A DNA stretch of 63,838 bases, filler included, from Octopus bimaculoides (Eukaryota), in assembly GCF_001194135.2 (NCBI RefSeq). It is 8 parts of 8 records of this genome, joined end to end, with 100 filler letters (N's around TTAATTAATTAA, not from the genome) between each part and the next. Parts side by side here need not be neighbours in the genome. Positions count along the whole stretch, not along the records: positions 36,549 to 44,737 come from NC_069007.1; positions 44,838 to 52,420 come from NC_068986.1; 6 more parts are not named here. One strand, given 5' to 3'. The first letter of the stretch is position 1, and the number at the start of each line of letters is the position of its first letter. The notes beneath the pieces are model-generated. The model was not told where the DNA came from and did not search any database. It saw only the letters and a list, made by a program, of their open reading frames with translations. The position numbers were made by a program, and so were the translations under genes. This document shows, piece after piece, positions 39,085-49,357 of the stretch.

Positions 39085-39310
39085 AGTTGTATACTGTCAA
39101 CTTAACATGACAGTCCCAATACGGGAATCATACTGCTGCTATTTAGCCCTAGGAAGCTGGACCGCTTCCTGTCAGCTGTGACACATTTCCTGTGTCCTTA
39201 TGTTTACAAGGGGGAGACAAGCAATTCCACCCAGCCTAGCCTGCATTCAGGGACATGTTTCTGAGTATTTGCTCGTCATCAGCCTGAAGTAGCATGACCA
39301 GCTGGCTGAA
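39085..39310 (-). mobile_element. Short (~225 bp) element carrying a hammerhead ribozyme (retrozyme or Penelope pLTR-like)
   Basis: GC-richer block bounded by microsatellites, with the HHR near its minus-strand 5' end. Boundaries inferred. Confidence 0.5.
39246..39288 (-). ncRNA. Type I hammerhead ribozyme motif
   Basis: Minus RNA: UUCAGG-CUGAUGA-C-GAG-CAAAUA-CUC-A-GAAA-CAUGU-C-CCUGAA. Perfect 6-bp stem I, intact core, palindromic ACAUGU stem III, GUC site. One C.A mismatch at the base of stem II. Confidence 0.8.
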
Positions 39311-39529
39311 GATGCCTGTGTGTGTCTGTGTGTATGTGTGTGTGTGTATTTCATCATCATCATCATCATTTAATGTTTGTTGTCCAGGGCTGGTAAGGCT
39401 GAGGGCATGTGTGTATATATTTATATATGAGTAGAGTGTTAGGTGTGATGTACATTTATATATATACATACCCACACATACATGCAAACATAAATGTTGT
39501 ATACTTTTGCATGATTATACATATATAGG

Positions 39530-39851
39530 TATAGGAGTGGCTGTGTGGTAAGTAGTTTGCTTATGAACCACATGGTTCCGGGTTCAGTCCCACTGCATGG
39601 CACCTTGGGTAAGTGTCTTCTACTATAGCCTCGGGCCGACCAAAGCCTTGTGAGTGGATTTGGTAGACGGAAACTGAAAGAAGCCTGTCATATATATGTA
39701 TATATGTATGTGTGTGTATATGTTTGTGTATATGTTTGTGTGTCTGTGTTTGTCCCCCCCAACATTGCTTGACAAGCGATGCTGGTGTGTTTACGTCCCC
39801 GTAACTTAGCGGTTCGGCAAAATAGACCGATAGAATAAGTACTAGGCTTAC
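39530..39851 (+). mobile_element. SINE family B, well preserved (truncated by gap)
   Basis: A-box-like TGGCTGTGTGG (39538-48) and B-box-like GGTTCAGTCCC (39581-91), followed by the family B body. Confidence 0.9.
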
Positions 39852-40785
39852 NNNNNNNNNNNNNNNNNNNNNNNNNNNNNNNNNNNNNNNNNNNNNNNNN
39901 NNNNNNNNNNNNNNNNNNNNNNNNNNNNNNNNNNNNNNNNNNNNNNNNNNNNNNNNNNNNNNNNNNNNNNNNNNNNNNNNNNNNNNNNNNNNNNNNNNNN
40001 NNNNNNNNNNNNNNNNNNNNNNNNNNNNNNNNNNNNNNNNNNNNNNNNNNNNNNNNNNNNNNNNNNNNNNNNNNNNNNNNNNNNNNNNNNNNNNNNNNNN
40101 NNNNNNNNNNNNNNNNNNNNNNNNNNNNNNNNNNNNNNNNNNNNNNNNNNNNNNNNNNNNNNNNNNNNNNNNNNNNNNNNNNNNNNNNNNNNNNNNNNNN
40201 NNNNNNNNNNNNNNNNNNNNNNNNNNNNNNNNNNNNNNNNNNNNNNNNNNNNNNNNNNNNNNNNNNNNNNNNNNNNNNNNNNNNNNNNNNNNNNNNNNNN
40301 NNNNNNNNNNNNNNNNNNNNNNNNNNNNNNNNNNNNNNNNNNNNNNNNNNNNNNNNNNNNNNNNNNNNNNNNNNNNNNNNNNNNNNNNNNNNNNNNNNNN
40401 NNNNNNNNNNNNNNNNNNNNNNNNNNNNNNNNNNNNNNNNNNNNNNNNNNNNNNNNNNNNNNNNNNNNNNNNNNNNNNNNNNNNNNNNNNNNNNNNNNNN
40501 NNNNNNNNNNNNNNNNNNNNNNNNNNNNNNNNNNNNNNNNNNNNNNNNNNNNNNNNNNNNNNNNNNNNNNNNNNNNNNNNNNNNNNNNNNNNNNNNNNNN
40601 NNNNNNNNNNNNNNNNNNNNNNNNNNNNNNNNNAGGTGGGGTGGGGGGTAGGGATGGGGGCGGTTTGAATGTTATGAAGCTGTTGGGTCAGCTGATGTGC
40701 ATCCCACTCCCCCCCCACCCACTTATGTAACTAAATATGACTAAGTCAAGACCTGCTGGAAGAAATATCGAGTTAAGTAACAACA

Positions 40786-40829
<44 letters not shown>

Positions 40830-40898
40830 ATATATACAAACAGATAAAATGTATTCATTCAAATAGTCAAGTATATATATTTATATATATATATATAT

Positions 40899-40930
<32 letters not shown>

Positions 40931-40964
40931 TCTTTATATATATATATATATCATCATCATCATC

Positions 40965-41562
40965 ACGTGCCACTGGCACGGCTGCCAGTTTTTGAAATAC
41001 CAGCATTGACCATGACACATTATCTCACTTGGCTTGATTTGTCTTCTGAAGTATGGTATATTGCTAATGGTTTCAGTCACTTGTCACTGCCTCCGTGAGG
41101 CCCAAAATTCAAAGGGTGCTGTTTACATACCTCCAGCACAAGTGTCAGATATGCAACACTGACATTGACCACAACTATGATTTCACTTGGCTTGACGGCT
41201 GAAATCGGTTGAAGCACAGCATATTATCAAAGGCCTTAGTCATTTGTCATCATCTCTATGAGGCCCAGCACTCGGAAAGTGCTTTTTACATGCCACTGGC
41301 TTGACGGGTCTTCTTCTCAAGCACAGCATATCACCTGATGTTTGAAGAGTACTTTTTACATGCCACCGTCATCAGTGCTAGTTACACATCACTGGCATTG
41401 GTCACAACTGCGATTTCACTTGGTTTGATGGGTCTTCTCAAACATGGCATATCGCCAAAGGTTTTGGTTGCTTGTCATTGCCTCCATGAGGCCCAACGTT
41501 TGAAGATCATGCTCCATCACTTCATCCCATGTCTTCGTGGGTCTACCTCTTCCACAGGTTCC
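40965..41562 (-). mobile_element. RTE LINE 3' end with tandemly reiterated terminal unit
   Basis: Minus: GTCGRGRPTKTWDEVMEHDLQTLGLMEAMTSNQNLWRYAMFEKTHQTK*. The gaggccc/tcacttgg-containing unit recurs near 41097, 41260 and 41488. Confidence 0.8.
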
Positions 41563-41771
41563 CTTGTTGAACTTTTATTTAATTATATATATAGCAATTT
41601 AAAAAATGGAAGGGAATATGTGGTATTCATCAACTTGCAGACATTGTATTATGTCAATTTACCTGTTTATTTTTTAACCAAGAGGACAATAAAAACAATA
41701 TGCAAACACATATGACATATTATGTCATATCAGTAATTAAAAAGGACATCTAGTGACCGAAGATGGGACAA

Positions 41772-41816
41772 TGACTTACAGCTGTTTCAGTCTAGTGGTG
41801 ACATGCCTCAGTCTAT
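41772..41816 (-). other. Decayed hammerhead-like remnant
   Basis: Minus: GACT-gaggcatgtcaccactagact-GAAAC-AGCT-GTA-AGTC. Stem I (GACT/AGTC) and the palindromic stem III remain; CTGAT is missing. Confidence 0.4.
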
Positions 41817-42269
41817 CTATATAACTCCAGTAGGCTGAAGTAATTGATAGATGAAATGGATGATATAGAGGTACATGTACGATTCTTTAGGCCTCTTCAG
41901 AGATTTTATAAAGTTCATGGAGTTAATTTACAATATCCAAATATAAACATATAAAAAATCATAAAAACTCACATATATATGCATACTTTAACATATATAT
42001 ACATAAATAAGCATAAATACATGAATACATATATGTACATTTAAATGGACATACATAAACGTCTATACATGCACACCAATGAGTCAATTGTTATTGTTAT
42101 TATACATGAGGAGGACACATATATATACCCACCCACACATACGTACATACACACACATATGTATACATAAGCATTCCCGTACAGACATGTTCCTGGTATA
42201 TACACATTAGTTGCGTTTGGAAAGGAGGACTGGTGCATTGGTTCCTATTGCTATATTTCCAGCAAAACC

Positions 42270-42867
42270 ATTTTTGCATTGTATTGTTACATGTGATTAA
42301 AAATGGATTCTTTTCAACAATAGCAAGCATTCTGCACAGTGATTGGACAGAGACAAAGTGCAAAAACATTACAGCTTCATGAGACCTGGTAAATCAATTA
42401 CAATGGATGTATACATCAACCAGTTGGATGAAATGATGAGGGAACTTACAATTAAACACCCAAGAATGGTCAATAGAGACAGGACAATTCTCTTGCAAGA
42501 CAATGGTTGACCACATGTTGCACAAAGAACGCTACTCAAGTTACAGGAACTGAACTTGGAAGTACTCTGTCCTCCACCATATTCACCAAACCTTGCACCA
42601 ACTGATTATCACGTTTTCCAGGCATTAGACAACTTTTTGCAAGGAAAAAACTTCAAATCAGAAGAAGATGCAAAAATAACCTTTCATGATTTCATCTCCA
42701 GAATTCTTCGCTACCAGTGTAATTAAGCTACTGATAAAATGGCAAAATTGTGTTGATAATTTAGGTGCATACTTTGATTAACTGCAATGCATTTTGTTGA
42801 GATAAAGTAAAATAAACTTTCAGTTCCAAATCAGACATTTCTTTCTTAATGAACTGAGATATATATA
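42270..42867 (+). mobile_element. Mariner (Hsmar1-like, DD34D) transposase 3' half and right end
   Basis: PFLHCIVTCD*KWILFNN...ILLQDNG*PHVAQ...PPYSPNLAPTDYHVFQALDNFL...KWQNCVDNLGAYFD*. Confidence 0.9.
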
Positions 42868-43194
42868 TATATANNNNNNNNNNNNNNNNNNNNNNNNNNN
42901 NNNNNNNNNNNNNNNNNNNNNNNNNNNNNNNNNNNNNNNNNNNNNNNNNNNNNNNNNNNNNNNNNNNNNNNNNNNNNNNNNNNNNNNNNNNNNNNNNNNN
43001 NNNNNNNNNNNNNNNNNNNNNNNNNTATATATATATAAACTCATAATATTAATTTTTATTGGATTCATTTGAATCAAGGTATATATATATATATATATAT
43101 TTAAATACACAGACACACACAATATACCTATATATAGCCGAGCAAAATTGCAGTCATGACAGATACCAGTGTAACACAAATGGCAGCCATGCCT

Positions 43195-43390
43195 ATTGCA
43201 CGTAAAAGCACCTGTTACACTCTCGGAGTGGTTGGCATTAGGAAGGGCATCCAGCCATAGAAAACCATGCCAAATCAGACTGGAGTCTGGTGCAGCCTCC
43301 CAGCTTACCAGCCTTAGTCAAACCCTCCAACCCATGCCGAGACAACCATTCATGGACAACGGATGTTAAATGATGATGATGACGATGATA
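43195..43390 (+). mobile_element. SINE family C
   Basis: acactctcggagtggttggcattaggaagggcatccagcc...ggatgttaaa(TGA)n. Confidence 0.85.
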
Positions 43391-43580
43391 TACCTATATA
43401 CATACACATAAAAGATACCAGGAGTTTTTGTCAGGTGACTCAAATTAACAGGTGTGTACACTGAGTGCTCGATTTGGTCTACCCTCAAAACTCCGGCTTT
43501 TTAACTGCAGTTAAACGTGATATTGAGAGTGCCTTTCTGAAGCAGCTAAGGGTGGCTTCTCCTTGAGCAGGTAGATATAG

Positions 43581-43699
43581 ATTAAAACAGAAATGAAAAG
43601 GCGAATTGTTTGGCAAGACTTGACAAGGACATTTAATCTAAATTAATTGTCCTTGTCAAGTCTTGCTGCCAAACTGTTTGCCTTTTCATTGGTTTTAAT
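43581..43699. repeat. ~120-bp fold-back palindrome (MITE-like)
   Basis: Perfect 18-bp core caagacttgacaaggaca (43614-31) / tgtccttgtcaagtcttg (43649-66); arms extend imperfectly to ~50 bp. Confidence 0.85.
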
Positions 43700-43779
43700 G
43701 TATGTATGTATGTATGTATGTATGTATGTATGTATGTATGTATGTATGTATGTATGTATGTATGTATGTATGCATGTCA

Positions 43780-44330
43780 GGTCAGGTCAGGTATGAGGCT
43801 CTCATAATTGCTACTGGTAACATGTAATCCAGTACAACCTGTTGCATGGTCGGGTTGCCAGCGACTAAACTGGCACCCCCACCAGGCTACCCTGGTGAGG
43901 AGGGTTGCTAGAAACCCAGCAGGATTAAAAACAAGACCTATCGAAAGCTCGGATGGACCTAGTGCAGGCTCAACGGCTATCTAGCAATAGCACGGGTATG
44001 CAGAAATTCCGGGACGGTGTCCGGCATGCTGAAAGACCACTGGGAGTGATGCGCCCCTCAGCTTTTGTTGAAGCATGTCTCTAGGAGAAGGTCACTCTGA
44101 TATGAAACCAAATATGCAAGGAATGGCATTGGACATTTTGGGGATCTTTGGTTTGTGCTAGAGATCACGGCGCTCCCACATCCCTGAGCCTGTGACTCAT
44201 ACTGGCACCAGACATCTTGCTCCGGCTTGTCTCTGGATAATGTCAATAAAGTGGACAAGGTCTATGAGGTGTTGTGCAAGCCTCATTGGACCTAAAACTC
44301 AGCACAGGCATTGCCAACCTCTGCTCAACA
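43780..44330 (+). mobile_element. Probable RTE-type LINE 5' UTR
   Basis: ctaggagaaggtcactctgatatgaaacc (44081-44109) resembles a motif I recognise from RTE 5' UTRs; GC-richer, several hairpins. Confidence 0.45.
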
Positions 44331-44984
44331 TGTGTGTTTTTTTTTCTTTCCTATATATATTTATCTTATTTTTAGTTTATATTTAACTTATTTTTAGTAT
44401 ATATTTTCTTCATTTTAGTATATATTTTTATTTTTATATATTTTCTTTTATTCGGAAGTCCTGCGGCGATGGGAAGGTGGTGAAGCATGCAGACCTGATG
44501 GGTTCAAAGCATGTAGTCAGTGACCTGCACGTAGGCGGCCCATGCTAGATATAAAGTCGTCTCCTTGTCGCCCAAGACAGTGGTAGGATTCGGTTGCTGC
44601 ATGTGTGTCTGAGCAGCTCCATTTGGAGAGGGCACTGCTCATCCGGAGACCGGGGAGGTTCTAGAAAAGGTGAACCAAAAATTGCCTGTCTTTCCATATC
44701 TGGTCAGTTTAGCGCGACTGACGGATGTCCATCCTGCNNNNNNNNNNNNNNNNNNNNNNNNNNNNNNNNNNNNNNNNNNNNTTAATTAATTAANNNNNNN
44801 NNNNNNNNNNNNNNNNNNNNNNNNNNNNNNNNNNNNNTATATATATATGTATATATGAATATGTATGTATGTATATATGTATTCATGTATGTATTGGGGA
44901 AATTTGCACAAAATATCGAAATATCGTTAATATTGTTCTTTCAAATCATTTCTAAACCCTTGGACAATTGTATGAGAATTCTTT

Positions 44985-45756
44985 CATATTATCTGTGATG
45001 TGTAAGAGAACAAATTTTTCGAAGATCTTTTGAATTATTCCATACACTGCGAAACTACTAGGTAAACAGAAAGTAGACATCTTCCATTATTAGGTTCCTT
45101 TTGCTGTCATTGGCCACATCTACCAACTCAATGATGGTTACGAGAATGGCGCTGATGATGATGATGAGGAGGAGGAGGAGGAGGAGGAGGATGAAGTGGA
45201 GGAGGAGGAGGAAAAGGAGCAGGAGGAGAAGCAAGACGAGGACTATGATGATGACGACAACAATGGCGACGCCCATGATGAGGAATGAGTATGACGACGA
45301 CAACGATGATGATGATGATGCTGACGATATTAGCGATGATGGTTTCTTTACTGGCTTCAGGTTACCTCATGAGTAAAATGCAATGAATTTTGCACGAAGG
45401 TTGCAAATAAACATGCTGCATATGTGCTATTTCTTTAGTACCCACAATGGGTTACACACAAAGGGGACAAACAAGGACAGACAAACAGATTAAGTCGATT
45501 ATATCGACCCCAGTGCGTAACTGGTACTTATTTAATCGACCCCGAAAGGATGAAAGGCAAAGTCGACCTCGGCGAAAATTGGACTCAAAACGTAGCGGCA
45601 GACGAAATACTGCTAAGCATTTCGCCCGCCGTGTTAATGTTTCTGCCAGCTCGCTGCCTTACTGCATATGTATGTGTGCATATGTGCATATGTGTGCGTG
45701 AGTTTACATACGCATACATGAAAGCATACATACATACATACATGTACCATCATCAC

Positions 45757-45788
<32 letters not shown>

Positions 45789-45930
45789 CCATCATTAAGT
45801 GACTAATAATAGCAAAAAAAGAACCAAATAATAAAAGAAGTCTACTTTATGTTTACTTAACAGTTCCTCTGTGTATGGAATAATTCAAAACTTCTTCGAA
45901 GAATTTTCTCTTTTACATATCACAAATACA
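44985..45930. repeat. ~165-bp inverted repeat pair (44985-45150 / 45760-45930) converging on (GAT)n tracts
   Basis: gaattattccatacactgcgaaactactaggtaaacagaaagtagacatctt versus the reverse complement of aagaagtctactttatgtttacttaacagttcctctgtgtatggaataattc. Confidence 0.8.
45432..45660 (-). mobile_element. SINE family A, well preserved
   Basis: gtaactggtacttatttaatcgaccccgaaaggatgaaaggcaaagtcgacctcggcg...ctgccagctcgctgcc. Confidence 0.9.
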
Positions 45931-46026
45931 TACATACATACATACAAACATACATACATACATACATACATACATACATACATACATACATACATACATA
46001 CATACATACATACTTCTATGCATACT

Positions 46027-46350
46027 GCCTAAATACCAATCTTGAGAAATTAGGTTTCTCAAAACCAGAATGGAGAAAGCTGATTCGAAGACTACAAATC
46101 CAAGTCATCACTGGAACTGTTAAAATCTGTAAAATTTTGCAGAACTTCATCATTCAAGTATATATGCGCATGCGTAGACATGTAACTACATGCATGAGAA
46201 TACATACGTAAAACAAAACATACAAATCTGCATACATACATACAAAAATATCCTGTTGATGTTGAAATTCCAGTGAAGAGGTCTTGGATCTAGGTTAGAA
46301 ATCGGCTCTTTTTCTTTGAGCAAGAAATCTTGAAATAAAACTGAATAATG
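46027..46350 (+). mobile_element. R4/Dong LINE 3' end between (CATA)n tracts
   Basis: LNTNLEKLGFSKPEWRKLIRRLQIQVITGTVKICKILQNF, then 3' UTR ending gaataatga-(CATA)n. Confidence 0.85.
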
Positions 46351-46394
46351 ACATACATACATACATACATACATACATACATACATACATGTAT

Positions 46395-47025
46395 GTCGTC
46401 ACGGTACTACCTCCCTATACGACATGATGTTGTTGCTAAAACGACTTACAATACCATCCGCAAAAAAGACTGTCCTGAAATAAACTTAGAAAATCCCTCT
46501 ATTATGGAATACATTCATAAACACCAACTCAGGAAATACTTGTGGAATATTCCCATAAAAGCCTCTGTCAAATGTAAACATAACTGGCCAGATATTGTTG
46601 TTTGGGACAGAGGGACAAAGGTATGTGTCATCATAGAGACTAGCTGCCCTGCAGATATAAATGTCTCTTTGAAAATCAAAGAAAAACAGGATATCTATGG
46701 ACAATTGTTTCGAAACCTCCAGCTTCTATATCCAGACTATGAATTCATATTCATACCAATAATAATAATTAGAACACTAGGTTTTGTTAGTAAATTCATA
46801 AAGAAGAATCTGGATAAACTGGGATTTTCAGAAAGAGAAATTGACCGGCTGATTCGTACAAGTCCAATCTGTGAGTAGAACAGTAAAAATATGCAAGAAT
46901 TTTCTCAAGTTCCAAATGCGAATTTGTCTGTGTTAACTACATCTCAAAGATGGAGCCTTGTATCTTTGTTGGAAACTGGCTCCCTGCACAGTGGAAGATT
47001 TATAATATTTAAAAAATAGAAGAGA
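46395..47025 (+). mobile_element. R4/Dong LINE restriction-like endonuclease domain and 3' end between (CATA)n tracts
   Basis: YYLPIRHDVVAK...KHNWPDIVVWDRGTKVCVIIETSCPADIN...KEK..YGQL: RHD plus PD-(D/E)-type REL motif. Confidence 0.9.
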
Positions 47026-47921
47026 CATACATACATACATACATACATACATACATACATACATACATACATAAGTACATACATACATACATACATAAGA
47101 ACATACATACATACATACATATATACATACATGTAAATGAGTATTAAATAAAATGTGGATTCAGAGAGTCGTGTGGCTATCACATAATGCTCTTCATCCG
47201 GACTCGGCTAACAGTTCACCTAGTAATCCAACACGGAGCAGTGTAATGTAGAGATCACCGGAGCTGAATCATTGGTGTACTCAATCAATCGATTGTGAGA
47301 TCGATTGATAAACGTGACTGTTGCACTACGGAGTAATGATTCCCCGAATATATTGGAAACAGATGCAAGCTAGCTGGAATAAATTATATATATATATATA
47401 TATATATCCATTATCTTTGTGCCTTTTCTAAACACACACTGGCCCACACACAAAGACATACACACACAAAGACATACACACACATGCATATGTATGTATG
47501 TGTGTGTGTGTATGTATATAAATTTTGGAACGATGTATCTCAAAGCAGGTAAAGTTATATCCAGTGGATTTTTTAATTCAATATTTACCAATATTTATTT
47601 ACTCGCTATTATTTATAACTTTAACTGCTTCAAGTTCACAAAAAAAAAAAGAATTATTTCCCGCTTTCTTAAAGTTTCTAAATTCNNNNNNNNNNTCATA
47701 CTGAGCTACCCGGCAGAAATTGTTAATTATTAATTTTATTACTAATTGATGATTCCCTGCCCTGCATATCTATATATATATATATATATATGTAAACATG
47801 TGTGTACATGTATCTATATATGTGAGTATCTACAAGAATGCTTCAATACAACCTTAAGCAAGTATGTATGAATAGAATGTAATCTATATAGGTATATGTG
47901 TGATTGTTTCAATGTTCTCAC

Positions 47922-47973
47922 ATGTAAGATAGCAGTACATCTTCCCAGATTCAGTCCAGGGAGAGACGTCTTT
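47922..47973 (-). other. Candidate exon 2 of an unidentified minus-strand gene (possible ATG at 47940, MYCYLT...)
   Basis: Long pyrimidine tract tttttctattcttcttctggtttcag acceptor; cat|gtgaga donor; 110-nt intron to the upstream candidate exon. Confidence 0.35.
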
Positions 47974-48083
47974 CTGAAACCAGAAGAAGAATAGAAAAAA
48001 TATTCCAAATAAAAAAATAGAATCACTGTTCTCAGAAGCCTTAAAAAAATGTAATCTTCGTGATTTTCTTTGAGGATTTTTAC

Positions 48084-48190
48084 CTGATAATATTGCTATG
48101 GCAATATGTTCGGAAGAATGTGTTGTAAACAAAATGGCGTCGGCTAGCATTTGTTAAAGTGCGAGTGGGTGTTTTAGCGGCAGAAATAAC
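48084..48190 (-). promoter_or_regulatory. Candidate TSS region / first exon with YY1-type motif
   Basis: CGCCATTTTG (plus strand caaaatggcg, 48130-48139); strong tcag|gtaaaa donor at 48084/48083. Confidence 0.35.
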
Positions 48191-48297
48191 AGTAGTTAAC
48201 TGCAAATAAAACATGTCTATATGGTTCAATACAACGAAGAAGATAAGATGACATATAAGTACATATGTATATGCATGCGAGTATGATCCTGCTGTGA

Positions 48298-48590
48298 AGG
48301 CGCGTGGCTTAGTGGATAGGATATTCGGCTCACGATCGTCAGGTCATGAGGTCAATTCCCAGCAGCGCATTGTGTCGTTGACGAAAACATTTTATTTCAC
48401 GTTGCTCCCGTTCATTCCTCTGACAAAAATGAGTAGTACCTGTATTTCAAAGAGCTAGCCTTGTCACACACAATACTACGTTAAGCGTACACGTGTCTGT
48501 GTACACTTGCGCGTTAATTTCACGAACAGGATGTTCCGTTGATCGGATCAACTGGAACACTTGTCGTCGTAACCGATAGAGTTCCAGTTA
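48298..48590 (+). mobile_element. SINE family D (tRNA-derived, near full length)
   Basis: A box TGGCTTAGTGG (48305-15), B-box-like GGTCAATTCC (48350-59); 3' half matches 50100-50271 in antisense. Confidence 0.85.
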
Positions 48591-48644
48591 GTATGGTCCT
48601 ACTGTCTAATGACTGAAACAAGTAATATATATATATATAGAATG

Positions 48645-48995
48645 AAAAGTTTTGAATGGTACAACAATGCACTATAATACAAAAAATGGAGTATATACCT
48701 GTTGTAATTTAGTTATCCATAGTTCGATGATATTTCGAAATACAATTCCTTCTTCAGATATGCTATAATCTGTTTTCCAGTGGCTTTTCTTTTTTCAGAA
48801 GCGTCTCAGCAGTGGTCTCACGAAGCTCCTTCCGGAATTCCTCATGAGAAGTGCGTGAGGTCGGCTATGTCTCAATCTTGTGTGTGTTGGTACATCTTTA
48901 ACGCTGCTTTATAGTGCATTGTTGTACCATTCAAAACTTTTTATTCTTTACAAACAATACACAATGCTTCAAGCGAACTACAATACTCTCCTATA
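48645..48995. mobile_element. Inverted-repeat-bounded element, long copy, containing an HHR motif (Penelope-like derivative?)
   Basis: Perfect 32-bp inverted arms at 48645-48676 / 48910-48941; same arms and right flank as 9540-9692. Confidence 0.75.
48725..48760 (-). ncRNA. Minimal type I hammerhead-like motif, decayed
   Basis: Minus: AU-CUGAAGA-A-GGAAU-UGU-AUUUC-GAAA-UAU-C-AU. 5-bp stem II, palindromic AUAU stem III (ACGU after double CpG decay), but stem I is only 2 bp. Confidence 0.5.
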
Positions 48996-49290
48996 TATNN
49001 NNNNNNNNNNNNNNNNNNNNNNNNNNNNNNNNNNNNNNNNNNNNNNNNNNNNNNNNNNNNNNNNNNNNNNNNNNNNNNNNNNNNNNNNNNNNNNNNNNNN
49101 NNNNNNNNNNNNNNNNNNNNNNNNNNNNNNNNNNNNNNNNNNNNNNNNNNNNNNNNNNNNNNNNNNNNNNNNNNNNNNNNNNNNNNNNNNNNNNNNNNNN
49201 NNNNNNNNNNNNNNNNNNNNNNNNNNNNNNNNNNNNNNNNNNNNNNNNNNNNNNNNNNNNNNNNNNNNNNNNNNNNNNNNNNNNNNNNNN

Positions 49291-49321
<31 letters not shown>

Positions 49322-49357
49322 ATTTTATCTTTAATCTTCATCTTTTACTCTTACACT

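Noticed and set aside
47284-47309. 10-bp perfect hairpin atcaatcgat-tgtgag-atcgattgat
   Set aside because: Single short palindrome with no context; plausible by chance in AT-rich DNA.
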